From: Octopus sinensis
Lineage: Eukaryota
Length of the DNA stretch: 64,000 bases
Reading direction: 5' to 3'
NCBI RefSeq assembly: GCF_006345805.1
Contig: NC_042998.1
Location: 143,282,001 to 143,346,000, forward strand
Each line of letters opens with the position of its first letter. Position 1 is the first letter of the stretch. Position numbers and translations under genes: made by a program. This document shows, piece by piece, positions 48,951 to 63,369 of this stretch. The notes under the pieces are model-generated. The model was not told the DNA's origin. It did not search any database and was given only the letters and a program-made list of their open reading frames with translations.

Positions 48951-49382
48951 AGGCTCCTGTTCGCCTATCATCTAATCGATGTATCCTATGCTCGGGTGTC
49001 TCCTGAGACCGTGCAACTGGAGCTCATGGTCGCATGTCAAGTCTATTTCTTCTCTGTTCGGGTGTCTCCTGAGCTTGCTGCTGATGTGAGGGTCTTTGAA
49101 CTCTGTCACCCTAATGAAATTCCTTACACACATGCACACACACACACACTGACACACACAGACACACTGACATGCATAGACACAGACTCATATAGAAACA
49201 TACACGCACTTAGCGTGAGAGATATACATATACAGGAAAAGAGTGAGAGAGTGTGTGTTAAATATATATAGAGAGGTGGTAAGTTTACAATGAGAATAGT
49301 ACAGAGAGAGAGAGAGAAAGGGAGAGAGAGACAGAGAGAGAGAAAGAAAGGGAGACAGAGACAGAGACAGAGACAGACAAAC

Positions 49383-49433
<51 letters not shown>

Positions 49434-49434
49434 C

Positions 49435-49505
<71 letters not shown>

Positions 49506-50218
49506 GTACATAGACAGATGCGCTCGTCTCCTGTGACTGATTTGCATTACACGTAAAATCAGGAGAGGGTGTGAGAGAGAGAGAGAGAGAGAGGGAGGGG
49601 CTGCATGCGGGAGAGAAAGAGAGAGAGGGGGAGAGAGCGTGTGTGTGAGAGAGAGAAAGAGTGAGAAAGAGAGAGAGTGTGTGTTTGGTAAATATATATG
49701 AAGAGGGAAAATCGTAAAAGACAGAACGACAGATAGTTATAAGACTATAAGATAGTAAAAGACAGAGACAGATAGACATAATAATTATAAGACGCGACAG
49801 ACACACATTTACAAACGTACACACACAGAGGTAACCACGGGTTTAAGATGTCGGCTTCTAAAGACAATCATTGTTAGTGATCCGAATGTTAAGTTATTTC
49901 TCGTAGAAAATTATATTTTTGATTACTAATAACCAAAAACCTTCTCCTGGCGACGCAGAGTTCGAAAATCAAATCTGTTTTTCTCTAGCACACACTATTT
50001 CAGAACCTTTCGGTGACATACACATATACATACACTCATTTATGTAGTAGAAGACGCAGTAATACCTCACTTTCAGAGGATCCGGTATACGAGACCCCGG
50101 GTTTACGAGTTTTATTTTATAATAAATATAAAAAAGTTTTTCAATTACAAGACCCAAATTTTGAACGAAGTGCAAAATTTTCTACTACCACCACAACAAA
50201 TGCTTCGGGTGCGGTGAA

Positions 50219-50830
50219 TACAGGGTGCGGTGAATATATTGTCCTCTATATTACGCAAAAATGAAAATAACATTGACGTCTCATTTTAACAGATATATTT
50301 ACCAAAATATAAATAAAAATATCTTGAAATACGAAAGAGTAAATTTATTCAATTAAACCGCCATTAGCTTCAACCATGGGCTCCAGACGACTTCGGAATC
50401 GCCTGCAACTCTGCCGGACGGTCTCTTTAAGTTGGTGAATGCTGCCATAATCCTTGCCTTCAATTCATCTTTGGTGTTACAAAGAGCTTTGTTGGTCTCT
50501 CGCTCAACTGCGCTTCACACATAATAATCAAGGGGGTTGCAGTCTGGGGAATTAGGTGGCCAGCCAGATGTTATGGGTGATGTGGTCGCAGAAATTGTGT
50601 GACAGCTATGACTGAGTTCTCTTGCTTGTGTGACATAGTGCAGAGTCCTGTTGCTAGACATAGGGTCTTCCAGCAGTCACCCACTTCATCTTCTTCCATT
50701 GGGTTACATAAATTTAAGAAAAGTTTGCACAATCTTAATTTCAGTAAACATGGCGATTTGTATATCTACACCCACTTTCTCAATTCTCTGCAGACCATCA
50801 TTCCAGGAGAAATAATTGCACTAACGATTC
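50219..50830 (-). mobile_element. Tc1/mariner DD37D (maT-like) 3' half with TIR
   Basis: QQDSA...WPPNSPDCNPLDYY gives 37 residues between the Asps once a 4-nt duplication is removed. Terminal TA-CAGGGTGCGG at 50219. Same family as 13766. Confidence 0.8.
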
Positions 50831-51193
50831 CATTTTCTTCACAACTCTTTGACAGACACAAAGTTACAGTGGAGGACATTTGCTTAAAAGTACCGCGCAG
50901 TAGAATCGAACACGAAACCACGTGGCCGTGTAAGGAATTTCTTAATTACGCAACCAAACCAGCACCAGCAGTTGTTTAGATATATTTCTACATCTCATTA
51001 CACAGAGAGAGTGTGGGCAGAATCAGATACAATTCTGGACGTAAGGAGAGAGATATAATACACACACACTCATGTCTGCAGCTAAAATCCACACTCACTC
51101 ACTCACACACACACAAACACATACACATACACACACACACGCATACATACACATACCAACATATATACGTATGCATATATATATATAGTGAGG

Positions 51194-51238
<45 letters not shown>

Positions 51239-52262
51239 GGTATGGATATAATGATGCAAGTAAACACGCTTGGGCTTGACACACAAAATATACGAGCATA
51301 AATAAAATAGAATATGTGTATAAAACAATGGAATACTATAAGTGAACCGGCAGTGCTCTCAAACCCACTCACCTGAAGACGTGCAGGTTCACACTCATTG
51401 TCGGATCATATCGTATAATAATTCTGCTTGTCACTCCGTTACTTAGACCGTCCGTAATGCTTCCACGTGATTAGTTGAAGGGGGGACAGGGAAGAATGGG
51501 GAGTGGGATGGGAGGGGAGGGGGAGAGGGAGAGGGATTGTGAGAGGAGGGGAAGGAAAGGTGGTTTTGAGTGAAGTGTGTAATTTTTCTTCAAATAGGTT
51601 TTTCCTTCGTTACTTAGCCAGTCTGTAACGCTTTCAAGTGATTAGCTGAAGGGAAAGGCGAAGAACGAAAGAAAAAGAAGAGAGAAAAAGAGAGTAAGGC
51701 GAAGATAGAGAGAGAAAGAAGGAAAGTGTTGTTTATTAAGTCTATAAAATTGTGCATAAAATATATAAAGTGTATATATAAAGGACATTAAGTAATCATC
51801 GTATTCCAATTTCCTTCACTTTTCAATGATTAGAAGATGAACGAATATCTTTTGATTTAGAGACAACACAGGCTACGCTTCCAGATTTTCTGGATAAAGG
51901 TTTCAGAAATAGCTCATTAAGTTTACCTTGAATTCCGTGAAATATTCACGAGTCCAGCTAGTTAATGCAATAATGTGTATAATACGTGAAACGCTTGGCT
52001 ATATCAGTTGCTGTCCCTTCTGTGTTTAGCCCGGCGTCGCCAATAAAGAAATCTAGTTACAAAAACAATTGTTGTGGTTTGGATTAAAACATTTTCGTTC
52101 CATCTACTTATATTATAATTTTTTGTATGAATTCTGCGGAAATTTACGGATTTCCACAAGTATATTCAGTAAAAGACGAATTCCTGCTTTATGATAGCAA
52201 ATGGTACCCGATACTCGTGAAGGAGCTTTGTAAAACACATTACGTAGGTACCTAGATAATAT

Positions 52263-52368
<106 letters not shown>

Positions 52369-52478
52369 CACACAAACATACATATACACAAACACGTAGA
52401 ACTATGTTAACACATGCACACATATCTATTTATATATACATGCACTTAAAGATTCACAACTGCAACCACGCACACACA

Positions 52479-52534
<56 letters not shown>

Positions 52535-52788
52535 AATTACAAAATGGCCGTTGACATGCAAATATTTAATGTACGACTACATGTAGACAATAACAGTGGT
52601 GAAGAAGTAACGTAATCTTTATTATTTACCCATATAGAAGGTATTCATGGTGCGTGTTTGAAACAATACAGCGAGTATCTTTAGAGTAAAAGTGTTAATT
52701 AAAACAATCTTCATCATTAGCTAATGTCACATCTGTATGCGTGCATGCATACATACATACATACATACATATACATACATATCTGTAT

Positions 52789-52830
<42 letters not shown>

Positions 52831-52965
52831 ATATATATATACATACATACATAGATATGTATGTATGTATGTGTATGTATATATATATATACATATATAT
52901 ATATACATGTATATATATGTATATATATGTGTATATGTATACATATATATATATATATATGTATT

Positions 52966-53030
<65 letters not shown>

Positions 53031-53582
53031 ATATATATATATCTATATATATATATATATTATATATAATATATATATATACATATATATATATATTCAC
53101 GCATACAGATACATATGGAGGTTTGTCGTTCACGTTGCACATTGAGTATATCAGTCATAGGTCACAGAGCCAAGTACATACATATGCACACGTACAAACA
53201 TACATGCATACAAACATATACGCACAGACACACATAAACATACATTATTTTCTTTCTCTTTTCTGCGGTAATTTTGCTTTGTGTATATATGACTCCCTAT
53301 AAACAATTGATTATGTATATACATGCATATATACATATATGTATGTGTATGTTTATGAACGCATGCATATATGTATCAATGCATGTATGTATATACATGA
53401 TTGCAATCCAATTACTGACGTAGTTGTTGCTGTGTTATATGAATGATTGAGCTCTAAACTAATCGATTATTTGTCGGGCATGATGCATCACAGTATAACT
53501 GTGTGTGTCTTACTGTTTCTAAGTAGATGTTTGCTTGTATATGAATGCACGTATATACGTATCTGCGTATGTATGTGTGTGT

Positions 53583-54150
53583 GTGGCTGTGTGGTAAGTA
53601 GCTTGTTTACCAACCACATGGTTCTGGGTTCAGTCTCACTGCGTGGCACCTTGGGCAAGTGTCTTCTACTATAGCCTCGGGCTGACCAAAGCATTGTGAG
53701 TGGATTTGGTAGACGGAAACTGAAAGAAGCCTGTCTACACACACTTATACATACTAATACATACTAATACATACACCAACCCTATACATACACACGTCCA
53801 GACCTCTCATACGCACTAATACTCTCTCATACACACACACACACACACACCCATATGTTGGAGCTGGTCACTCAACCCTATTATCTCCCCTAATTTCGCT
53901 CTCGCGTCTCATGTTTGATCTTTGACTTCTGGCCGAAATCAGATCGCCATGTTGATTCGTTAGTTACTGCACGAATTTTTTTCTCTCCTTCTTTGTTTTT
54001 TTTCTCTCTGTGTATCTTTCTGTTGAAGAGCGTAGGCTCGAAACGTTAAAGACTTGTTTTATTTATATTTCCTGAGCGCCATACTAATACAATTGTTTGT
54101 TTGTTTTCCACCTGCCTTCGTCTTTTGTCTATTTTCATAAAGCTTCCCGT

Positions 54151-54211
<61 letters not shown>

Positions 54212-54406
54212 TTGTGTGTCTGTGTTTGTTCCCCCAACATCGCTCGACAACTGATGCTGGTGTGTTTATGTCCCCGTAACTTAGCGGTTCAGCAAAAGAG
54301 ACCGATAGAATAAGTACTAGGCTTACAACGAATAAGTCCTGGGGCCGATTTGTTCGACTAAAGGCGGTGCTCCAGCATGGCTGCAGTCAAATGATTGAAA
54401 CAATAA

Positions 54407-54408
<2 letters not shown>
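53583..54408 (+). mobile_element. SINE family S1 split by an insertion into its internal microsatellite
   Basis: Head 53583-53734 and 3' domain 54212-54408, with a family X element between them. Confidence 0.8.
54015..54052 (+). ncRNA. Candidate minimal type I hammerhead ribozyme, family X
   Basis: UCUUU-CUGUUGA-A-GAGC(GUAG)GCUC-GAAA-CG-UU-AAAGA. Perfect 5-bp stem I and 4-bp stem II. Confidence 0.65.
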
Positions 54409-54475
<67 letters not shown>

Positions 54476-54762
54476 CCTATATGTATGTATGTAAGTATGT
54501 ATGTACGTATGTATGTAAGTATGCATGTATGCATGTATGTATGTCGTTATTCAGTTTTATTTCAAGGTTTCTTCCCAAGAGAGAAGGAGCCGGTTTCTAA
54601 CCTAGATCCAAGGCTTCTTCATCGGAATTTCAACATCAACATGGCATGTATGTATTATGTTTTGTTTTATGTGTGTATTTTCATGAATATAGTTGCACAT
54701 CTAGAATGGTCTAGACATATATGTATATATATATATGTATGTATGTAGTTATTTATGTACGT

Positions 54763-54804
<42 letters not shown>

Positions 54805-56348
54805 TACATATGCACACACACATTAACCCTTGTTTCATATATTCTGAGTAATAGAAAACTTTCCTTTCATAAGTGCCAAGTTACTGTAGCGGTTGAAATA
54901 AAAAAAAATAGAACACGAGAAGATGTATCATATATAATGCAAGGACGTCACGGTAATATGTCCTGTGTGTCACCTGTAATTCACAGGACAGGTGGAGGGC
55001 TAAGAAGTGCCCAAATACTACTGAGCGGCATTTTAACTTGTCACTCACATTGAGTAGATGGAAACTGTAAAGAAACTTGTCATTTGGATTGTATCTGGAA
55101 TTCGAAATGCACAACCTTGTCACACACACTTGTCATAATTTTGTCTCACTGATTCTACCTGCTAACAACGTTTGTTGTATACGCGTCTGTGAAAACTCAG
55201 CCTGTTACACGTTAATTGAGAAGCAGATAATTAGATAATCGTAATAAAAGGGGGTTAATATGATTTTACCCAGAAATCACATTTTCACATTTTCAAAATT
55301 TTAGTTTCTCCTCGTCTCCACCGCAATTTCTTAATTTGTGACTTTTTTACGATTTGTTTTTATCCATGTAGAAAAATACAGAGATTACGAATCTGGGAAA
55401 TATATATATATTTTTAAAGTTTAATTTTTCTTGAAGAAACACTCAATACCCCTTCCCCACCTCAACCACCCATCACCTACCAGATTTCAAGAAGCTAAAA
55501 ACACTCTATGTTTTATTTTCGTCTGATGTTTCACGCATGCATAGAATTCTACTGAAATAGCAGAAGTAAAAAAAATATTAGGGTACCACCAGTAAATCCG
55601 ACATGCTAGAAACAACAGGTAAATGACATTATTTCTGAAGAAACTTCCCGCTTTCCAAAAAGCTAAAGTGAAACATTGGGAGTTTGTAGCTTTTTGAAAG
55701 TGGTGAGGTGAAAGGTAGATGTTTGGGAAGGAGATTTTAGTGTTTCTTTAAGAAAAAAGAAGAAAATTCTCAAAGATTCGTACTTTCCGTTTTTTCTTCG
55801 TGAATTAGCAAGAAAAAAATTCGAAGAAAGTTTTAAAAAATGAAGAAATTGGGATGAGGAGGGAGAAAATTAAAATATCGGGAACGTGTTTTGGGGGCAA
55901 ACATAGGAATTGGAAGAAATTTAGGAAAGAAATCAGGGAGGGGGCGCAAATGACACCTCGGATATGCTAGAAACAACAGGTAAAGGACAAGATTTCTGGG
56001 AGAACTTCTTTTTGTAGAAAAAGATGATTTCAGCTGGATTCATCTGTAATTTTGCGCGTGCAATTAGCAAGAAATAACATAATTCATACATAACTTTTAC
56101 ATAGTGTGTGTGTGTGTGTTGTGTGTGTGTGTGTGTGTGTGTGTGCGTGCGTGCGTGCGTGTGTGTGTGCGTGCGTGTGTGTGTGTGTGTGGTGTGTGTG
56201 TGCGCGCGCGCGCTAAAGGAAGTAATTTTATGGCATTCTTTCGTTTGAAGCAGGAAAGTTGCTAACTCAATCATAAGGTCAATCATATGGGATCATATGG
56301 TTGTTCGTTAATTTCTCTAATTCTTTTTTAAAGTTTCCTTATACTTTT

Positions 56349-57502
56349 AAGAGAGCAGAAATTGAAAGAGAAAATGAAAGACGTATGTACGTATGTATAT
56401 GTGTGTACATGTGTGTATGTGTACGTGTGTGTGTGCGCGCGTGAGAGAGAGAGTGAAGGTGTGTTTTGTCATGTATGTGTAAGTGGCACTCACTCGCTCT
56501 CTCTCTTACCCACACATACATACACACACGCACACTATCTTTCCTATACACGTACATCAATACCTATGCATACATCTTTTTTGTATGTATGTGTGCTAGC
56601 ACATGTGAGAGAAAGAATGAGTGATTGTATAACACATGGAGAAATGAATGTCTTTTAAGGTACACACTCTTATAGAAAATGTAACATCGTCGTCGTCGTG
56701 GTATAAAATGTGGTTTAGGATAACTGAATTATAGGACAGTTACAATGTTAAATTTTTGCAAATATGTAAATTAAAATAAAGTTTATTTGTTAGCCGAAAG
56801 ATTACTGAATCTTTTGATACCCCATACGTCAAAATCGGAAACTCAGTTTTCGAATGTGTTCGTGAATTTCCATAATTTTTTTATATTTCTTTATGCTTTC
56901 AAGAGAGCAGAAATTGAAAGAGAAGAGAAAGTGAAAAGACGATATTTGCTTTGAAGTGAGAGCAGAAAGTGAAAGAGAGGAGAAAATGAAAGATGTATGT
57001 ACGTGTATATAAAATGGACGTGTGTGGAATGCGTATGCGTGAGAGAGAGAGAGAGAGAGAGGAGAGAAAGTGAGTGAGTGAAGGTGTATGTTGTCATATA
57101 TGTGTAAGTAGCACCCACTCGGGCTCTCTCTCTCTGTTTCACACACATACACACATCTTTCATATACACATAATCTTTTATATACATATGCATACATTTT
57201 TTGGGTATATATGTGTGCATGTGCGAGTGCATTTGTGAGAGAGAATGAGTGACTGTATTTCGTTATAACATATAGGGAAATGGATTTTATTTTAAGGTAC
57301 ACACTCATATGGAAAATGTGATGTCGTCGTCGTTGTCGTCGTGGTATAAAAGGTTTACGATAGTTGACTTATAGAAAAGATTATAGTGTAAAATTTTTGT
57401 AATACAAATATGTAAATGAAAATAAAGTTTATTTGCTAGTCGTAAGATTGCTGAATCTTTTGATACCCCATATGTCAAAATCGGCAACTCAGTTTTGGAA
57501 AG
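56349..57502. repeat. Diverged tandem duplication of a ~500-600 bp unit
   Basis: 56349-56855 and 56901-57502 both start AAGAGAGCAGAAATTGAAAGAG and end GAATCTTTTGATACCCCATA.GTCAAAATCGG.AACTCAGTTTT. Confidence 0.85.
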
Positions 57503-57565
57503 CATAAAGAAGACACGCGCGCGCGCACACGCACACACACACCACCACACACACAAGCACACGCA

Positions 57566-57619
<54 letters not shown>

Positions 57620-58113
57620 TACACTCAAACTCCTCTTTTATATATATGGACGACGTCTCTGTCTATTGTTCTCCCTGTCTCTCTTTCACATTCCCTGCGT
57701 GTTTATCTCTTCTTTTCCCCTTCCCTTGGATGATATCAGCCAGCCTCATTATGCCACATTTTCCTAAGCCAAATATTTTTGCCCTCTTCTCACTTTATCA
57801 TGTAATAGCCCAACCCCCGTAGTCGGTTCATTCTCGATTTTTATCAAAATCCAATTAGCCCATAGTTGAACTGGACGTTAGTTCGGCATGTATACAAAGT
57901 TTGGTGAGGATTAGTTTCCTGGTTTGGGCACCAAGATGGTAACAGACAGAGAGAAATTGCCATTTATATATAAGATGCTTGCACGTTTATCATTTGTATT
58001 TCAATCCCGCCTGAAGACGACTTCAGCATAATTAAATGCTCCCCAAACACAGAAACATATGTAACGGATGAAATAAAGGAATATCAAAGTCATGTTTCAT
58101 GTTTTTCTCTCAC

Positions 58114-58151
<38 letters not shown>

Positions 58152-59193
58152 ACACACAACTCACACGCACATGTATACCTATCTATCTATCTGTCTGACT
58201 CTATCTATTTCACACATACACATACGCACAAACACACGCGCGCACACACACACACACACATATATATATTATAGGCATTAATTATTCGCTATACATATTT
58301 ATAATGCATGATTTATTTTTCCAGATGTTAAATTCTGCTATATATTCATCATTGTAGACTTACATCGTTAATCTACTCGCTCCATTATTTCATTTTGGAG
58401 TCCTTTTGTGATAGATTTTATCCCAACTGTAAACCTGTGGGATTGTGACACATACTTCATGACTGTATCTAATGTTACACACACACACACACACCAGCAT
58501 ACATACACACACGTTCCCATATATATATATCTACAAATATACATACTTACACACACATATACATATGTATGTATGTAGATGTGCGTATGTGTATATATAT
58601 ATATACTTATAAACAAACATCTATATATGTACGTATGCATGTATGTATGTATGCATGCATACATGCATGTATGTATGTATGTACGTATGTATGTATGTAT
58701 GTATGTATGTATGTATGTATGTATGTATGTATGTATGTATCTATCTATCTATCTATTTATCTATACATTTATATACATACAGACGCTTATATATTTCATG
58801 TGTGTGCGTGTGTGCGTTGTGCGTGTGTGTATGTGTGTGCGTGTGTATGTGTGTATATGTGTGCACCAAATTAGACAGCTAGGCAACGTGTCACACGCAC
58901 AAACACACATACATACACACATACAGACACACACATACTAATTCGCACAATCTATTACTAATTCACACTCACAAAATCTATTTTCCCATCTATCTCTTAT
59001 GATATGCGCTTGCGTGTATGTATATACGCGTTAGTATATGTGTATGCACGTGGATTTGCACGCCTACATGTTGTTGTGCGCGTATATGTGCGTATGTGCG
59101 TGCAATTATATATTTCCATTAATTATACACACGTGCACTTACACCATTATATATGTATGCATGTATGCAAGTAAGTAAGTGAGTGTGTATGTA

Positions 59194-60435
59194 CAGGGAT
59201 TGGACAAAATAATGGAAACAGCTTAAAATTTCAAACAAATTTATTTTAATATGGGGTAGGACCACCTTTGGCAGTAATTACAGCTTGAATTCTACAAAGT
59301 ATGGACTCGTAAAAAGTTTGAATTGTTTCCGAAGGAATTTTTGTCCATTCTTCAGCTAAGACAGTCTCCAATTCTGGTAGTGATGATGGTGGAGGATATC
59401 GACTCCTTACTTGTTTTTCTAAAATGCACCATAAATCTTCAATAATATTGAGATCTGGGGACTGTGGTGGTCAGATAAGATGTTCAATTTCATTAGAATG
59501 TTCCTCATGCCATTCAGTAACAACTTCAGCTGTGTGAATTGGCGCATTGTCATCCTGAAAGATTGCGATTACCTCCGGAAACAGTTCCGCAACCATAGGA
59601 TGAATTTGCTCAGATAAAATGCTTAAATAGTCTTGACTATTAATTCTGTCACGAAGAGAAACCATTGGGCCGGCTGATTTCCAAGATATAGCCCTTCGCC
59701 CTGATCATCACAGATCCTCCTCCATGTTTAACAGTTGGAAGAAGGCAGTCTGGATAAAATGTTTCTTTTGGATAAAATGCTTCTTTTGGTCGGAAATAAG
59801 GTAAATGATAACTCGTCCGAGAAAATAACATTCTTCCACTGCTCTAGGGACCAATTCTGTAGGTTTTTACTCCACTCTGTTTTTGAAAGTAGTAGTTTTC
59901 TGATTGCACCCCCCCCGTGAAATCCGGCTTTGTGCAGCTCCCGGCAAACAGTTTTTGTCGAAACTGGGTTCTCGAGGTGGTCATTAAGCTCTGCAGTAGT
60001 TTTGGGAGCTGTACTTTTGTGATCCTCTCTAACAATCGCGTAAGAATCCGACGGTCCCTATCTGAAAGTTTTGATTTTCTTCCGGAGTTTTGTTTTAACG
60101 AGGAGGTTTTCCCCTCTTTCTCAAAGGCTGTCATTACTTTCGAGACTACTTGACACACCAAACATTTCGGCTGTTTTCGTTATGCTAGAGCCTGTCATAC
60201 GAGCACCAACAATTTGACATCTTTGAAAGTCTGATAGATCTGACATTTTAATGAATCTCAATTACCTTTCTCTGATGATATCTGAAAAGAAACAGCAATA
60301 TTAGCAAAACATATTATGGAACACTAATAATAAATTAAAAAAACCCAAAATAAACAAGCTTTTGACGGTTTTATAGATATTTCAAAATTATGATGCTATG
60401 ATGCTAGGTGTTTCCATTAATTTTTCCACCCCCTG
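59194..60435 (-). mobile_element. Tc1-like transposon with both TIRs and TA TSD, decayed DD36E transposase
   Basis: TIRs CAGGGATTGGACAAAATAATGGAAAC and GTTTCCATTAATTTTTCCACCCCCTG. Motifs SGRKSKLSDRDRR, TVKHGGGSVM and FQDDNAPIH...SPDLNIIE. Confidence 0.9.
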
Positions 60436-60447
60436 TATATACATATG

Positions 60448-60491
<44 letters not shown>

Positions 60492-61182
60492 CACATATAT
60501 ATACCAGTTCCTGTGGAGGGCTCCTTTCTAGGCCCTGGGACCAACAATGACACTTCATGCATCGAGTACATATTAAATTTTATCAGACTTGAACAATATT
60601 TTTCAAGTAATGAACAATTTTCATTAAAACAACGATATAATTTGTCGACTTGGAACTCATCGCAAAGCTGTAGGATAAAAAACAGTACCACCACCATAGG
60701 CACCACATCTGCCAAACACACACCATTCTCAGTTCTGACACCACCACCATCAATACCTTTGACTTCGCCGCCTTCCCTTCCACCGACATCATCACCACTG
60801 TCTTTCGCATCACTTACTCTCACCGTCATCCCTGACCGCCTCGGCTACTACCACCACCACCACCACCACCACCGCCGCCGCCTCCGCTTCTATCATAACT
60901 ACAGCTCATACTATTACTATCACCCCATTATCATCACAAAAGGCTAGATGTGTGTATAAAAGAATTGTATTCAGTATGTTAATTCAGTCCCTCTTTCTCT
61001 CTCTCTGTGTCTATCTCCCTCTCTGTCTGTCTGTCTTCGCCACCGCCCTCATTATTACTCTTACCCCAGCATGAGAAATAGTAGGAGTGTCAATGAATAG
61101 TAAGAGAGGGGGTCGAAGTGTGACACACAGTAATTAGCTTTGGCATTTATTATATCAGATATTATATTATTATATTATATTA

Positions 61183-61385
61183 AGGCGGCGAGCTGGCAGA
61201 ATCGTTAGCACGCCGGGCAAAATGCTTAGCGGTATTTCGTCTGCCGTTAGGTTTTGAGTTCGAATTCCACCAAGGTCGACTTTGTCTTTCATTATTGCGG
61301 GGTCGATAAAATTAGTACCAGTTACGTACTGGAGTCGATGTAATCGACTTAATCCCCACCCCACCCCCGAATTTGTGGCCTTGTG
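61183..61385 (+). mobile_element. SINE family S2, near consensus
   Basis: GGCGGCGAGCTGGCAGAATCGTTAGCACGCCGGGCAAAATGCTTAGCGGTATTTCG. Confidence 0.9.
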
Positions 61386-61468
61386 CTTCGGGTAGGCACA
61401 CTGACATTCACATTTATTATATTAGATATGCTTCATGTTGGGGAAACCTTATTTTAGTTAAAGTGTAT

Positions 61469-61517
<49 letters not shown>

Positions 61518-61574
61518 TACTTGGAGAAAAGAAAAGAAACGAAACGAAACGACGCGAGGGCGCTCAGTCATACA

Positions 61575-61633
61575 ATAATTTAATAAATAAAATATATGCA
61601 TACATATATATATGTACGTACATGCATATAATG

Positions 61634-61667
<34 letters not shown>

Positions 61668-62254
61668 ATATAATATATATATATATACAAACATATATAT
61701 ATACATATATATATATGAGTACAGGACACCACAAAGAACGTAGAACTAAACGGAAACGAAAACATAAAAACAAACATGGAAACGGACTTTTTTAACAACG
61801 AATAAACAGAGTACAAGACAACAATACAAGGAATATTCCCCTTTATCAGCTGTCCCTGGTTCGACTCAATGCGTATTGCTTTTACGTCCTGTTCTTGTCA
61901 CATTTTTTTCTTTCCTTGTTTTTACCCCTCTGCAAAGGAATTTTATTTAATTCTTTTGCAGGAAGGACTAGTTCGACGGGTCATGTTCTGACCTTGCCTT
62001 CGAAACACGCATTGAGTCGAACCAGGGACAGCTGATAAAGGGGAATATTCCTTGTATTGTTTGTCTTGTACTCTGTTTTTTCGTTGTTAAAAAAAGTCCG
62101 TTTCCATGTTTGTTTTTATGTTTTCGTTTCTCGTTGAGTTCTACGTCTATTTGTGGTGTCCTGTACTCATATGTATATATATATATATATATATGCATGT
62201 AGATGTAGGTACGTACATATATGTATGTATGCATATATTTTATTTATTAAATTA
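61575..62254. mobile_element. Inverted-repeat element (arms 61575-61874 and 62007-62254), PLE pLTR-like
   Basis: Arms share TACAAGGAATATTCCCCTTTATCAGCTGTCCCTGGTTCGACTCAATGCGT. 132-bp spacer. Homologous to 17810-18400. Confidence 0.85.
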
Positions 62255-62692
62255 TATATATTTATATATATATATGTATGTGTGTGTGTGTGTGTGTGTA
62301 TTAAAAAAAGCAAAAATAAAACAAAAATGTTAGTGTTCATTATGTTGGCGACAGGAATTTCTGTCAAAGAGACATGGTTAAACAAAGTTGTACATCATCT
62401 CCCTCTTTCTCTCGCATACCCACTCTTTCTCTCTTATATTATTACTCCCACTGCCACCATCAGCACTACTACTTTTAATAAAACATTATTAACGCTCCCT
62501 ACATTTCTTTGTCTCTTTTTCTCTCGCTCTCTTTTTCTTTCTCTGAATGTCTGTCTTCGCCACCACCCTCACTGTCTCTATGCCAATTATTACTCTCACC
62601 CCATCATGAGGAATAGTAGGAGTGTCATTGACTAGTGAAAGAATGGGTCTAAACGTGACACACTGGTACACAGAAATTAGTTTTTCGCATTA

Positions 62693-62751
<59 letters not shown>

Positions 62752-62972
62752 AATATATACATATTATGTGTGTGTGTATGTATATATGCATGCATATAAT
62801 ATATACATATATATGCGGTGTGTGTATGTATATATGCATGCATGTATAAATATATATATGTACATATATATTATATATTATATATATATATTATATATAT
62901 ATATATATATATACATGTATAATATTCATGTGTGCGCGTATGTATGTATATATGTATATGTGTGGTGTATGA

Positions 62973-63005
<33 letters not shown>

Positions 63006-63244
63006 TTTATATATGTATGTAAAAATACACCAACTGTAAAAGCAGATTAATGATTGGTCTGGCTGGAGCAATACCTATATCTAGAAACAACATCTACATT
63101 ATACACACTCAGACAAACACACACGCACACACACAACACATCTACTGATACTCTACATTTACACACATTTATGTATGTAAATTACATATATAAATATATA
63201 AAAGTATTTATATACACATACATACATATATATATACATATCTG

Positions 63245-63276
<32 letters not shown>

Positions 63277-63280
63277 CTAT

Positions 63281-63369
<89 letters not shown>

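Noticed and set aside
50044-50189. Possible MITE with GTAGTAGAA/TTCTACTAC ends
   Set aside because: Only 9-bp arms, no TSD, single copy.
58005-58067. CTGAAGA...GAAACATATGTA hammerhead-like motif with palindromic stem III
   Set aside because: Stem II does not close and the first pair of stem I is mismatched. Single copy.
61990-62050. Type II hammerhead reading of CCTTC-GAAAC...GTC...CTGATAA-AGGGG
   Set aside because: Stem I cannot be formed, the core has G8 changed to A, and the 18.0 kb homologue lacks the GUC and stem III pairing.
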